Part shown: one piece after another, positions 10,777 through 20,260 of the stretch
How the letters are laid out: each line of letters begins with the position of its first letter
Numbering within the stretch: the stretch's first letter is position 1
DNA from: Spirochaetota bacterium
GTDB lineage: Bacteria; Spirochaetota; UBA4802; UBA5550
DNA length: 64,000 nt
Direction of reading: 5' to 3'
Assembly: GCA_963663865.1 (NCBI GenBank)
Contig: OY760686.1
Span: forward strand, 416,001-480,000
The notes under the pieces: model-generated
Seen by the model: the letters and a program-made list of their open reading frames with translations, nothing else
Told to the model about the DNA's origin: nothing
Databases searched by the model: none
Made by a program: the position numbers and the translations under genes

Positions 10777-12003
10777 TTATCCTTTCTTCGTTCTTTGTTC
10801 GCGTAAAGAATATGCTGTAAGTATGATCATTAGAATTGAAAAGGCAAGGAACATTGCCGGTATGCCGGCTTCGTCAGCAATAATACCGGCGAGCGGTGCC
10901 AAAACAAGTACGCCCGCAGATTTGGTCTGTGACTCAATGGAAAGTACCGTGGCCTGTTCTCCGTCCTCTGTGCAGTCATCGTATTGTGTGACAATAAGCG
11001 GGCTCCATATATTGTGCAGCATGTAGTAGACGATAAATCCCCCGATCGCGACTGCAGCTGATTCGTAGAAAGTCGCTGCTGAAAGCACGATCAGCAATAC
11101 AGCCGCAGATAAAACCAGAAGAGCTGTTGCTTTTCCCGGGCTGCCTGCCCTGTCCGCGACGAGATGAGCCTTTCTTGCCGCGACTGCGGAGAGTAAATAT
11201 ATTACAAAGTATACCGCTCCCGATGCCGCAGCAACATTAGTCTGTTCGGAGGCGAAAAAGCCGGCGAGTAAAAGTCCTGCCTGTGCTTTTAAAACTGGTT
11301 GAAGGAAGTTGCCTGTAACGTCAAAAACGCTGTTGAATCCCGTACTCTGCACGATGAGTCTTCGAAGTTCTTTTTTTCGGATGGATGATTTTAGAACTCT
11401 GAACAGATAAGCGAAAAGGTCCCTGATGGAAGTTTTTTCAAGAACCCTTGTATTAAGATATGATGGATATGTGGCTATGTTCCAGATTCCAAACAGGTAT
11501 GGAACTATTGAGAAGATGAACACCCATTGATATTCTCTGAAGAATATAACAATTGCCGCAGCTATAACAGCTGAAAGCGCGCTTCCGGTCTGGGACCATG
11601 AACGTGTAAATCCGTAGACCTTCGTTTTCGCGCCGATTTTTCCGTTTTTGGAAAGCCAGCTGAAAATCATCGCTTTATGCGTGCCGGTTCTGAAGGCCTC
11701 GCCGACAGCGAAGAAGGCCATTGCGGGAAACAGCGGAAGAAGCGAGCTGCTCATGGCAAAGAGGATGAACGAAGCGATGTAGGAAAGGAGGGAGAGTATC
11801 ATAGCGTTCTTTCGTCCGTAGAGATCGGACAGGGCTCCGCTCGGTATTTCGAGCACGTTAATCAGAACGGCCCTGAATGACACAAGCAGGCCTATGTCGA
11901 GATAGCTGAGGCCTATTTCAAGGAAGTAAAGAATCATAAAAGGCTCAAAGAAGCGGAGGTTCTTTAAAAATCCGTAGGCGGAAAATTTCCAGAGCATGTT
12001 CAT
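10777..12003 (-). CDS. MFS transporter
   Basis: EIPSGALSDLYGRK motif A; AFRTGT; about 12 TM. Confidence 0.9.
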   Translation of the reverse strand: MNMLWKFSAYGFLKNLRFFEPFMILYFLEIGLSYLDIGLLVSFRAVLINVLEIPSGALSDLYGRKNAMILSLLSYIASFILFAMSSSLLPLFPAMAFFAVGEAFRTGTHKAMIFSWLSKNGKIGAKTKVYGFTRSWSQTGSALSAVIAAAIVIFFREYQWVFIFSIVPYLFGIWNIATYPSYLNTRVLEKTSIRDLFAYLFRVLKSSIRKKELRRLIVQSTGFNSVFDVTGNFLQPVLKAQAGLLLAGFFASEQTNVAAASGAVYFVIYLLSAVAARKAHLVADRAGSPGKATALLVLSAAVLLIVLSAATFYESAAVAIGGFIVYYMLHNIWSPLIVTQYDDCTEDGEQATVLSIESQTKSAGVLVLAPLAGIIADEAGIPAMFLAFSILMIILTAYSLREQRTKKG

Positions 12004-12011
12004 CCTGAGGC

Positions 12012-12707
12012 CTATTCCCCGCTGGTGATTCTTTTAATATTCTGTGTGATTTCTTCAGAAAGGGGGTCGAGCTTGTGTGCCTGACGGTAGAAGCGCAGGG
12101 CCTTTTCTTTTTGGCCCATCTTTTCAAGAACACAGGCAAGAGTGTCACAGTATGACGCGCATTTCGGGTTGCCCTTATAGGCTGTTCCAGCGTGATGAAG
12201 GGCCTCTTTCAGCTTGCCCTTTGAGCGGCAGAGAAGCCAGGCAAGAGAGTTGTGCGCGTTTAGATCGCCTGGCTTTTCAGTGAGTATCTTTCTGTAGACT
12301 GACTCAGCGTCCGATATCCGGCCGGTTTTTTCCAGAATATACCCCTTCATTCCCAGAGCGGGGACTGATTCAGGAAACAGGTGCAGTTCCCTGTTAATAA
12401 TGGTTTCAGCCTCTTTGTATTCGCCCAGAGAAAGCAGAACAAAGCAGTGTATCTTTCTGAGGGAAGATGAGTCAACAAAGCCTGTATCCAGGTCGTGAAG
12501 CCTGTCAAAATATGAAAGCGCTGTCCGGTGAAGGCCGAGGCGGGCGTAGTTTACCCCGAGATTATAGAGGATTTCAGGGTTTGTGTGATCAAGCGCTTCA
12601 GCGGCTTTCAAATCCCTGACAGCTTCATTATAGTCGCTTACCATGAAGTGTTCAAGGGAGCTTTCTATGAGTGAAGTGATTCTTATGTTGTGAGGCGGAT
12701 CAATCAT
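12012..12707 (-). CDS. Tetratricopeptide repeat protein
   Basis: Multiple TPR motifs (NPEILYNLG, NSLAWLL, DTLACV). Confidence 0.85.
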   Translation of the reverse strand: MIDPPHNIRITSLIESSLEHFMVSDYNEAVRDLKAAEALDHTNPEILYNLGVNYARLGLHRTALSYFDRLHDLDTGFVDSSSLRKIHCFVLLSLGEYKEAETIINRELHLFPESVPALGMKGYILEKTGRISDAESVYRKILTEKPGDLNAHNSLAWLLCRSKGKLKEALHHAGTAYKGNPKCASYCDTLACVLEKMGQKEKALRFYRQAHKLDPLSEEITQNIKRITSGE

Positions 12708-12731
12708 GACGTTGACACGGTAAGGTCTGTA

Positions 12732-13481
12732 TCAGTTTGATACCGCTTCCGGCTCTCTGAGCTTTTCAAGGGAAGTGTAATCGGTACAGTCGATTGAAAT
12801 AGGCGTAATAGATACATATCCGCTTTGAAGAGCCCCGTAGTCGGTTTCGCCATTGCCGACCGAGTGAACTACGCCCCTCAGCTGGAATGTCATCTCAGCT
12901 TCATCGGAATCAGTCCTGTGGTAGCTGTCCCGGTAGATTCTGCGGCAGTGGTTTGTGTACATTATCCCGTTTACGCTGTCTTCGGGAATGTCCGGATAGT
13001 TGATGTTAAGAAAAACGGGGTTTTCCCTGAGGCCCGGGTTGCCGTCAACGTGGTTTGCTATAAAGCGGGCTGCCTCGTCAAGCCGTTCCTCTGAGGGCGT
13101 GTGCGAATCGAGAGATACGGCTATGCCCGTTTTCCCGAAAATAAAGGCTGTCCTTGCTCCGGCGACAGTGCCGGAGAAGAATATATCGTCGCCTATGTTG
13201 GGCCCGTGATTTATTCCGGATATTATAATGTCAATGTCGGGTATAAAGTCGCCGTGAATGCCAATATTAGAGCAGTCCGCCGGATATCCCGTTATGGAAT
13301 AGCGGTTGCTGTCATGACGCCTGATTTTTATTGGATTATGAATAGTGAAGGCGTTTGAGCAGCCGCTTCGTTCTCCATCAGGGGCAATGATGTAGGTCTC
13401 ATGTCTTTTTGAGAGGGCTTTGTAGAGAGCGTTTATTCCGTATGCATCAATTCCGTCATCATTTGTAAGAAGTATTTTCAT
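12732..13481 (-). CDS. surE: 5'/3'-nucleotidase SurE
   Basis: MKILLTNDDG, GYPAD, SGINHGPNIG, SGTVAGA; start at ATG 13481. Confidence 0.95.
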   Translation of the reverse strand: MKILLTNDDGIDAYGINALYKALSKRHETYIIAPDGERSGCSNAFTIHNPIKIRRHDSNRYSITGYPADCSNIGIHGDFIPDIDIIISGINHGPNIGDDIFFSGTVAGARTAFIFGKTGIAVSLDSHTPSEERLDEAARFIANHVDGNPGLRENPVFLNINYPDIPEDSVNGIMYTNHCRRIYRDSYHRTDSDEAEMTFQLRGVVHSVGNGETDYGALQSGYVSITPISIDCTDYTSLEKLREPEAVSN

Positions 13482-13512
13482 GGTCACCTTTTTTTGCGGG
13501 GATATGTTCAAG

Positions 13513-13890
13513 TCATCCGATCAATTCGCGGACCTGCTCAACTATCTCGTTGTTGCTGAACGGCTTGGTCAGAACCCTGTCTGCGCCTATTTTTCGTGCT
13601 ATGTTGAGGTAGTCGTCACCGGATATGCGTCCGCCGCCGGAAATGGCAATAATCTTGAGGTCACGGAAGTTTGATTTCAATTCGAGAATTGTCTCAATAC
13701 CTTCCTTGCCGGGCATTATGATGTCGGTAATAATAAGATGATAGGGCTCCTGCTTTTGAAGGCGCATCCCTCTGGTGCCGTCTTCGGCTATATCGGCGTG
13801 GTAACCGGCCGACTCCATCACCTCTCTGAGAATATCCCGGATATCCTCATCGTCATCAATTATCAGTATTCTTTTAATCCTGTTACCCAT
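13513..13890 (-). CDS. Single-domain response regulator (CheY-like receiver)
   Basis: ILIIDDD, TDIIMPGKEG, AISGGG, KPF. Confidence 0.93.
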   Translation of the reverse strand: MGNRIKRILIIDDDEDIRDILREVMESAGYHADIAEDGTRGMRLQKQEPYHLIITDIIMPGKEGIETILELKSNFRDLKIIAISGGGRISGDDYLNIARKIGADRVLTKPFSNNEIVEQVRELIG

Positions 13891-13970
13891 AATGACTGCT
13901 TTATTGCTCAGGTTTCTCCTGATTGACAGGATAAGTTTATGAAACGTTCAGGAAAAAGCAAGCTGTTTAT

Positions 13971-14532
13971 TTAAACAGGCGGAACGACTCTGTTCCTTCC
14001 CTCTCTTTTTGCCCTGTACAGGTTGTCGTCTGCTCTTTTAATCCACTCTGCGAGGTTTTGTTCGTTTGAATGCTTTTCGGATATCCCGCAGCTTATTGTA
14101 ATTTGACTGCCGCTGCTGAAGGAGTACTGCTCAATTTTAAGCCTGATATTTTCGGCCACGCGTGCGGCATCAATCAGTCCCGTCGACGGAAGAATCACTT
14201 GTCTTATTTAGCTGGCTGTATAGTTTTTGCCTATGATAGTGTTTTACAATCCTGTTGTCTGTATTTACGGCCTGATTCATCGTTGTAAGAATTGCTGGTC
14301 TGTCGATGACAAGCTGAAAAACACCTCTCGACATGCTTGAGTAGACATCTACTGTTATGGCGTATTTTCTGGCAAGGTCCTTCGTGTTTGCCGAATAAAT
14401 ACCTTGAATTGTCTGGTTGTGAGAATAGTAGAAAAAGCCGTATGAAATCGATAGCAGAAGAACAAGTGAAGCAATGAGAAGAATCTTTATAATGAGCGTT
14501 TTTTTTTGGAATGATGTTTTCAGCTTCATCAC
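13971..14532 (-). pseudogene. Internally deleted membrane sensor diguanylate cyclase (N-terminal TM/periplasmic fragment joined out of frame to a GGDEF C-terminus)
   Basis: 14170-14532 encodes a TM helix plus the start of a periplasmic domain; 13971-14198 encodes VILPST...ITISCG...RADDNLYRAKREGRNRV, the part of a GGDEF domain after the GGEEF motif; frames join at about 14199. Confidence 0.75.
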
Positions 14533-14867
14533 TGTGTACCGGTTTTTCCCTTAGAGTTGGGCGCTGTATCCCGGGAATATCAAAGTCGGCTGAAAAAAAA
14601 GAAGAAGGAACTTTCCACTTTGTCGTCAGCCTGATACACTCCGGAAGCTGATGTTATATCAGATGTTTATTTGAATCAAGAAAAAGATAAAAAATGTAAA
14701 TAATATAGAGCTTTAATAAAAGAACAAAATTATACACTGTTCGTTATAGGCAGGCCATATCGAACAAAAAAAACGGATATATAAAAAGCATTTGATAAAT
14801 TGCGGACAGGTTGAAGTTTTAGAGGGTTCAGATGGAGTGATTACTAACTGCGAAAGGAAGAGGATTT

Positions 14868-17369
14868 ATGGGGAACAGGGGACTATATCTTGTTGTGGCA
14901 GTCTGGCTTTGCCTATGCGCATGCTCTGATGATAATGACAAAGCTTCGGAGCAGCAAAAATTTGAAAGCTATGTTGAGGAAAGAGCGCTGGAGCTCCTTT
15001 CAGATATGACGCTTCAGGAAAAGGTCGACCAGATGAGCGGAGGGCGTCACAGCGATGAGACTATCTCAATAATGACTCAGGTATATAACAGCAGACTCGG
15101 GATTCCTTCAAATGTATACAATGATGGTCCAAGAGGAGCCCGCTCAAACACATCGTCCATTCTGAATACGACGGCATTCCCCGTTGAGTCCCTCAGGGCG
15201 TCTTCTTTTAACACAGAACGGGAATTCAGAATCGGAGAGATTTGCGGTAATGAAACCCGTGCTCTCGGGAATTACGTCATGCTTTCACCCTGTATAAATC
15301 AGGTTATCAATCCGAGATGGGGCAGGGCTCAGGACTCCTACGGAGAGGACACATTCCTTCTGGGCACGATGGGCGCGGCGTTCGCGAAGGGTATTCAGTA
15401 CGCCGGGGCCCTTGACGCAGACGGGAACATGGAGCCTGATACTGACGGCAATGGAATGCCGATTTTTTACGACAGCCGGGGCAGACGTTCGTACCGTGTT
15501 CAGTCGATGATTAAGCACATGGCAATGAGCAATGTTGAAAATAGCAAACGTGATTTCAACGCGGTCGTTGATGAACGGACGCTTAGAGAGGTGTTCCTGC
15601 CTCATTTCAAAAAGTGCATTGATGAGGCTGACCCTTCATCAGTGATGAGCGAGTACAACATGATAAACGGCGTTTATTGCTCAGAGAACTCACATCTGCT
15701 CAGAGACATCCTGTACGGAGAATGGGGCTTTGACGGTTACGTGGTTTCAGACTGGTACGCGCGTGCCTACTCCGCTGCCGACGCTGTCTATGCCGGTCTT
15801 TCGGTTGAGATGCCCTACAGTGACGGGGTTCCGGGCTACGAGTACCACATATATGGAAGCAGGCTCTACAACCTTGTCGCGGCTGGTGAAATAGCTGAAG
15901 GCGATATCGACCGCATAGTTCTCAGAATACTCAAAAAAAAGATTGCCTTCGGCACGCTCGATTACGGACGGGATTTTACAAAGGAAGTTGCTTCTCATGA
16001 GGACATGGCGGCTTACAGAGAGCCCTCGGCCATTGAAACCGAAGAGCACATAAATGAGGCGCTCGTCTCAGCCAGAGAGGGAATAGTACTCCTGAAGGAC
16101 GGGGACAGGACTGCTTCCTCGGCAGGAAGTGCGGCGAATTTGCCTCTCAATCCTTCCCTGGTGACAGGTGATTCTCCGATGGTTTTAATCGGAAGATATG
16201 CTAACGGTCACGCGATTAGCGGTCTGGCTCACATGGGCGATGCCGGGAGTTCAAATTGTGTTCCGTCTGATTCGGTAAATATTTACAGGGGAATGCTTGA
16301 GTATCTTGGGGGGGATATTGACAGGGTGAGGTACTTTACCGGCAAGACTGATTCGAATGCAGGCGGAGATTTTTTGCCTGTCGGACATTCTGATTATCCT
16401 GATGTTGAAGCCCTTACAGCGCTCAAAAGCGCTTCAATCGCGGTTTGTGTAACCGGATTTGTGCCGGCCGCTCTGATGTACGATCCTATGCAGGAGGAGG
16501 GCGAAGACCACGACAGGGATTCATCGGTACTTCCTGAGAGGGATTACGGGAATATTCAAACGGCGATAGAGGTGAAAACCAATACGGGAAGCGAGTACTA
16601 CAATCCAGAGTTAAAGATAATAGTCCTTATACAGTCGGGAAGCTCTGTTATCGTTGATCCGTGGTTCGAAGATGTGGACGTTATTGTTCAAACCTGGTAT
16701 GCCGGTATGTGCGGAGGGCAGGCCGCGGCAGAGCTTCTGTTCGGCATGACAATGGACCGGAATATAATTACAGACGAAGCTCTTCAGCCCGGGCCGATAT
16801 CATTCAGCGGAAAAACCTGCCTTACGTTTCACAGGTCAGAGCAACAGCTTCCCTACTATCCTGAGAAGAGGGAACCCCTTGCGCTTGAGTACAACTACTA
16901 CCACGGATACCGTTATTTTGAAAAAAACCTGTCTAAGACTGAAGAAAAAAAGCCTCGTTACTGGTTCGGCTACGGCTTGAGCTACAACACATACAGATAC
17001 AGTAATTTATCTATTGATAATCGTTATAAGGATGAACGCGGCAGACCGCTTATTAAAGTTACTTTAAACGTCACGAATGAAGGGCTTTACGATTCAGAAG
17101 AAATAGTGCAGGCCTATGTCGGTTTTGAGAATACTCTTGTCAATGACAGGTGGGGAAGGCCGGTGAAGCAGCTCTTTGCGTTCAGCCGTGTTCACGCCGG
17201 TGCCGGTGAAACGGTATTTGCAGAGATGTTCATTGACCCTGAAAACCTTAAGTACTGGAACCCGGAAACGGGAAATATGGAGCTTGAGGACATAGAGTAC
17301 AATCTGTATGTTGCAGGAAGTGCTGACCCTGAAGAGACAGGGTTGGAGGAGGGTTTCCATATTGACTGA
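14868..17369 (+). CDS. GH3 beta-glucosidase-like lipoprotein with C-terminal Fn3-like domain
   Basis: Lipobox LCAC; NDGPRG, PRWGR.QDSYGED, KH, MSEYN, SDW nucleophile, EGEDHDR acid/base, FGYGLSY, EIVQAY, PVKQLFAF. Confidence 0.92.
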   Translation: MGNRGLYLVVAVWLCLCACSDDNDKASEQQKFESYVEERALELLSDMTLQEKVDQMSGGRHSDETISIMTQVYNSRLGIPSNVYNDGPRGARSNTSSILNTTAFPVESLRASSFNTEREFRIGEICGNETRALGNYVMLSPCINQVINPRWGRAQDSYGEDTFLLGTMGAAFAKGIQYAGALDADGNMEPDTDGNGMPIFYDSRGRRSYRVQSMIKHMAMSNVENSKRDFNAVVDERTLREVFLPHFKKCIDEADPSSVMSEYNMINGVYCSENSHLLRDILYGEWGFDGYVVSDWYARAYSAADAVYAGLSVEMPYSDGVPGYEYHIYGSRLYNLVAAGEIAEGDIDRIVLRILKKKIAFGTLDYGRDFTKEVASHEDMAAYREPSAIETEEHINEALVSAREGIVLLKDGDRTASSAGSAANLPLNPSLVTGDSPMVLIGRYANGHAISGLAHMGDAGSSNCVPSDSVNIYRGMLEYLGGDIDRVRYFTGKTDSNAGGDFLPVGHSDYPDVEALTALKSASIAVCVTGFVPAALMYDPMQEEGEDHDRDSSVLPERDYGNIQTAIEVKTNTGSEYYNPELKIIVLIQSGSSVIVDPWFEDVDVIVQTWYAGMCGGQAAAELLFGMTMDRNIITDEALQPGPISFSGKTCLTFHRSEQQLPYYPEKREPLALEYNYYHGYRYFEKNLSKTEEKKPRYWFGYGLSYNTYRYSNLSIDNRYKDERGRPLIKVTLNVTNEGLYDSEEIVQAYVGFENTLVNDRWGRPVKQLFAFSRVHAGAGETVFAEMFIDPENLKYWNPETGNMELEDIEYNLYVAGSADPEETGLEEGFHID

Positions 17370-18320
17370 TTACGATTGAGAAGATTTTTCGTGTACGGTT
17401 CTGTTTCGGCCTTCGGCTTTTGCCCTGTAAAGCAACTGGTCAGCTGTCCGGAGAGTTTCGTCGAAGGTAGCCTCAATATTATCTGTCAGCCCGCAGCTGA
17501 GGGTTATGCTGATACTGTTATTATCAAAAACAAAACATGTCTTTTCAGCTAATTTTCTTATTTTTTCAATTATTTTAAACGATTCTCCGCTTCCGGTCAT
17601 TATCATAATAATACAGAATTCTTCACCGCCGTAGCGGGCAACAATATCGCTTTTCCGGAGGTTTTTTTTAAAGATGCTGCTGACAGAGCTGAGTATATGG
17701 TCTCCTGCAGCATGACCAAAGGTATCGTTTACCTTTTTAAAGTGGTCGATGTCGATCATGGCCGTGGACAGCCTCAGGTTTGACCTTTTGGCGTTATTAA
17801 AAAGCGCGATCCCCGCTTCAAAGAGGTATCTTCTGCTGTACAGGCCCGTCAGGAAATCAGTATTGGCCATGCTGGCAATCTGTTTTTTTTGTTCTTCAAG
17901 CTCTGTAATATCATCAACTGTAATGACGGCAAGGTTTTCATTTTTATAAAGGATTTTACGTGACTTTATCCTGAAATGCTTTTCTACCGGAGTACTACCA
18001 ATATAGAAAACCCTTGAGATATATGTCTTTTTAACAGAATCATCCCCGCTCAGGCTGCCAGAAATGCATTCCCTGAGAGTGCACGTTGAACATTTTGATG
18101 TTGTCCCGCACGGCTTGTTCTCTTCAACCGCGAATGCGCATCCGAGCGAATTCCCACAGAGTTGATTGATAATATCATTTTCTTCTTTACCAAGAAGGCT
18201 TTTAAGACTTTCGTTGACTGCTTTAACACTGAATTCGCTGTCAACGAGAAATACAGCAGTTGTGATATTGTTGAGCAGGAACTCATAAAATTCCGTCGAG
18301 TTGTACAGGTTTTCAAGCAT
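17370..18320 (-). CDS. PAS-GGDEF diguanylate cyclase with Cys-rich PAS domain
   Basis: DFLTGLYSRR, DIDHFKKVNDTFGH, RKSD I-site, RYGGEEF; likely start ATG 18320. Confidence 0.9.
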   Translation of the reverse strand: MLENLYNSTEFYEFLLNNITTAVFLVDSEFSVKAVNESLKSLLGKEENDIINQLCGNSLGCAFAVEENKPCGTTSKCSTCTLRECISGSLSGDDSVKKTYISRVFYIGSTPVEKHFRIKSRKILYKNENLAVITVDDITELEEQKKQIASMANTDFLTGLYSRRYLFEAGIALFNNAKRSNLRLSTAMIDIDHFKKVNDTFGHAAGDHILSSVSSIFKKNLRKSDIVARYGGEEFCIIMIMTGSGESFKIIEKIRKLAEKTCFVFDNNSISITLSCGLTDNIEATFDETLRTADQLLYRAKAEGRNRTVHEKSSQS

Positions 18321-18432
18321 CGCAGTTTCCCACTGTAAATGTAATTTGCGATCAAGAGGATTCTCTGATAATACACCGTGATGAAGAAAAAAGCAATAAA
18401 AATACAAAATTGTAACACGGGAACGTTGACAA

Positions 18433-19413
18433 ATGTTTAAGTCAGTTAAAAACTTTTTCGACAGGTTTCTATTGCTTCAAAAGGCCGGAGTTCCTTTTCT
18501 ATTCGTAATAGATTTTGATATTATTAACCCCTTGATTTTTACTTTCGATGAGGCTTCATCTCTCGGTGTTATTTTTGATATTAATGGTGTTTCGAACACG
18601 GCTAAGGATGAGTCTTATCATAGGCCGGAAGAAGTTGTTTTCAGCAGAAACCCGCCGTCATTTACCGAATATTTGCGTTCATACGAAATAGTTAGAAATA
18701 ATCTAAGAAAAGGGAACTCATACCTGGTAAATCTGACCTGCAGTACAGAGCTTATGACAAACCTGAAACCCATTGACTTTTTCATGATGGCGGAAGCTCC
18801 ATACCGTCTGCTTCTGGGGGATATCGCAGTTTTTTCTCCGGAGCCCTTTGTAAAGGTATCCAATGGAGAGATGTCAACATGCCCAATGAAGGGAACTATC
18901 AGTGCTGCGATTTCAGCGGCAGCGGAGAGATTGATGGAAAACGAAAAGGAGCTTGCGGAGCATGTCACAGTAGTTGATCTTCTCAGAAATGACCTTGCGA
19001 TGGTTGCTGACAGGGTCCGGGTTGAAAGATTCAGATATGTGGAAAGGGTTAAAACCGCCTCGGGTGACCTCTTTCAGACGAGCAGTCTGATAAAAGGTGA
19101 GCTGAAAAAAGAATACAGGGACAATCTGGGGCGAATGCTTTTAAAGCTACTTCCGGCCGGTTCGGTTACGGGAGCTCCGAAAAGAAAAACGGTGGAAATT
19201 ATTCGCAGCGCTGAGACTCATGAAAGAGGTTATTATACCGGGGTTTTCGGATATTGCTGCGGCGATTATCTTGACAGCGCTGTGATGATTCGCTTTGTTG
19301 AAGAGAGGGACGGAAAAATCTGGTACAAGAGCGGCGGCGGGATAACAGCTTACAGTAGCCCTGAAGAAGAATACACGGAGATGTGTGAGAAGATTTATGT
19401 GCCGTTTTATTGA
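18433..19413 (+). CDS. pabB: Aminodeoxychorismate synthase component I (short form)
   Basis: SPEPF, PMKGT, KELAEHVTVVDLLRNDL, PAGSVTGAPK, RGYYTG, SGGGIT. Confidence 0.9.
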   Translation: MFKSVKNFFDRFLLLQKAGVPFLFVIDFDIINPLIFTFDEASSLGVIFDINGVSNTAKDESYHRPEEVVFSRNPPSFTEYLRSYEIVRNNLRKGNSYLVNLTCSTELMTNLKPIDFFMMAEAPYRLLLGDIAVFSPEPFVKVSNGEMSTCPMKGTISAAISAAAERLMENEKELAEHVTVVDLLRNDLAMVADRVRVERFRYVERVKTASGDLFQTSSLIKGELKKEYRDNLGRMLLKLLPAGSVTGAPKRKTVEIIRSAETHERGYYTGVFGYCCGDYLDSAVMIRFVEERDGKIWYKSGGGITAYSSPEEEYTEMCEKIYVPFY

Positions 19414-19987
19414 AACAGTCCGGATTGAGAATGGCCAGATAAAACTGGGGCTTCTTCATAACCTCAGAATCACGAGAGTATTTGAGGATTTTTTCCCGTC
19501 GAATAAGCCTTTTTCAGTGACCGATGTATTTCGTCCAGGCAGCGTGAAGCAGGGGAGATATAAGCTTCGAATTGAGTACGGCAGAAAAATTCTTCTCACA
19601 GAAATGTCAGAGTATGTCCGCCGAACTGTTAACAGGGTGAAGGCTGTGAGATGCGACAGCATCGATTATAAATACAAGTACCTTGACAGAAGCGCCTTAA
19701 ACCGTCTAAATTCAGGTACCAGTGATGAGGCGGTTGTCATAATCAGGAACGGCTTTGTTACGGATTCAACATTTTCCAACATTGCTCTTTTTGACGGTTC
19801 TGAATGGGTAACGCCCGATACCTGGCTCCTGAACGGGGTCATGCGGCAGCACCTGATCGCAGCAGGCTTTTTAAGGGAAAAGACTGTCAGGCTGGAGGAT
19901 TTGTCGAAGTATAAAACAATCAGTTTTATCAACGCCATGCTTGATCTGGGAGAGCTTGCTGTTTGTATGAAGAGTATGGTGATTTAA
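19397..19987 (+). CDS. pabC: Aminotransferase class IV / 4-amino-4-deoxychorismate lyase
   Basis: FIETVR, H..R, YKY.DR, TDSTFSNI, LNGVMR; overlaps pabB. Confidence 0.8.
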   Translation: MCRFIETVRIENGQIKLGLLHNLRITRVFEDFFPSNKPFSVTDVFRPGSVKQGRYKLRIEYGRKILLTEMSEYVRRTVNRVKAVRCDSIDYKYKYLDRSALNRLNSGTSDEAVVIIRNGFVTDSTFSNIALFDGSEWVTPDTWLLNGVMRQHLIAAGFLREKTVRLEDLSKYKTISFINAMLDLGELAVCMKSMVI

Positions 19988-20260
19988 TAATTGCATCCTT
20001 GTCATATGAGATAAGATTTAAACGAATTGATGTATGTGAAACTTGATTCAGTTAATTCAGCTTTTCAGTCCTCACACAAAATATTTAACCCTATCATTCA
20101 ATGTTTTTTGATCCTTCCTAATTCGCACTGTGGCAACACATGAAAAAATATAATGAATTTTTTGATATATCAGTACGCTGAAAGACACAACAAAAAAATA
20201 AGGCCTATATGAGTGGCTGCATTCAGTAAAATAATTTTTATTTTAGGAGGAGTCTTACTT

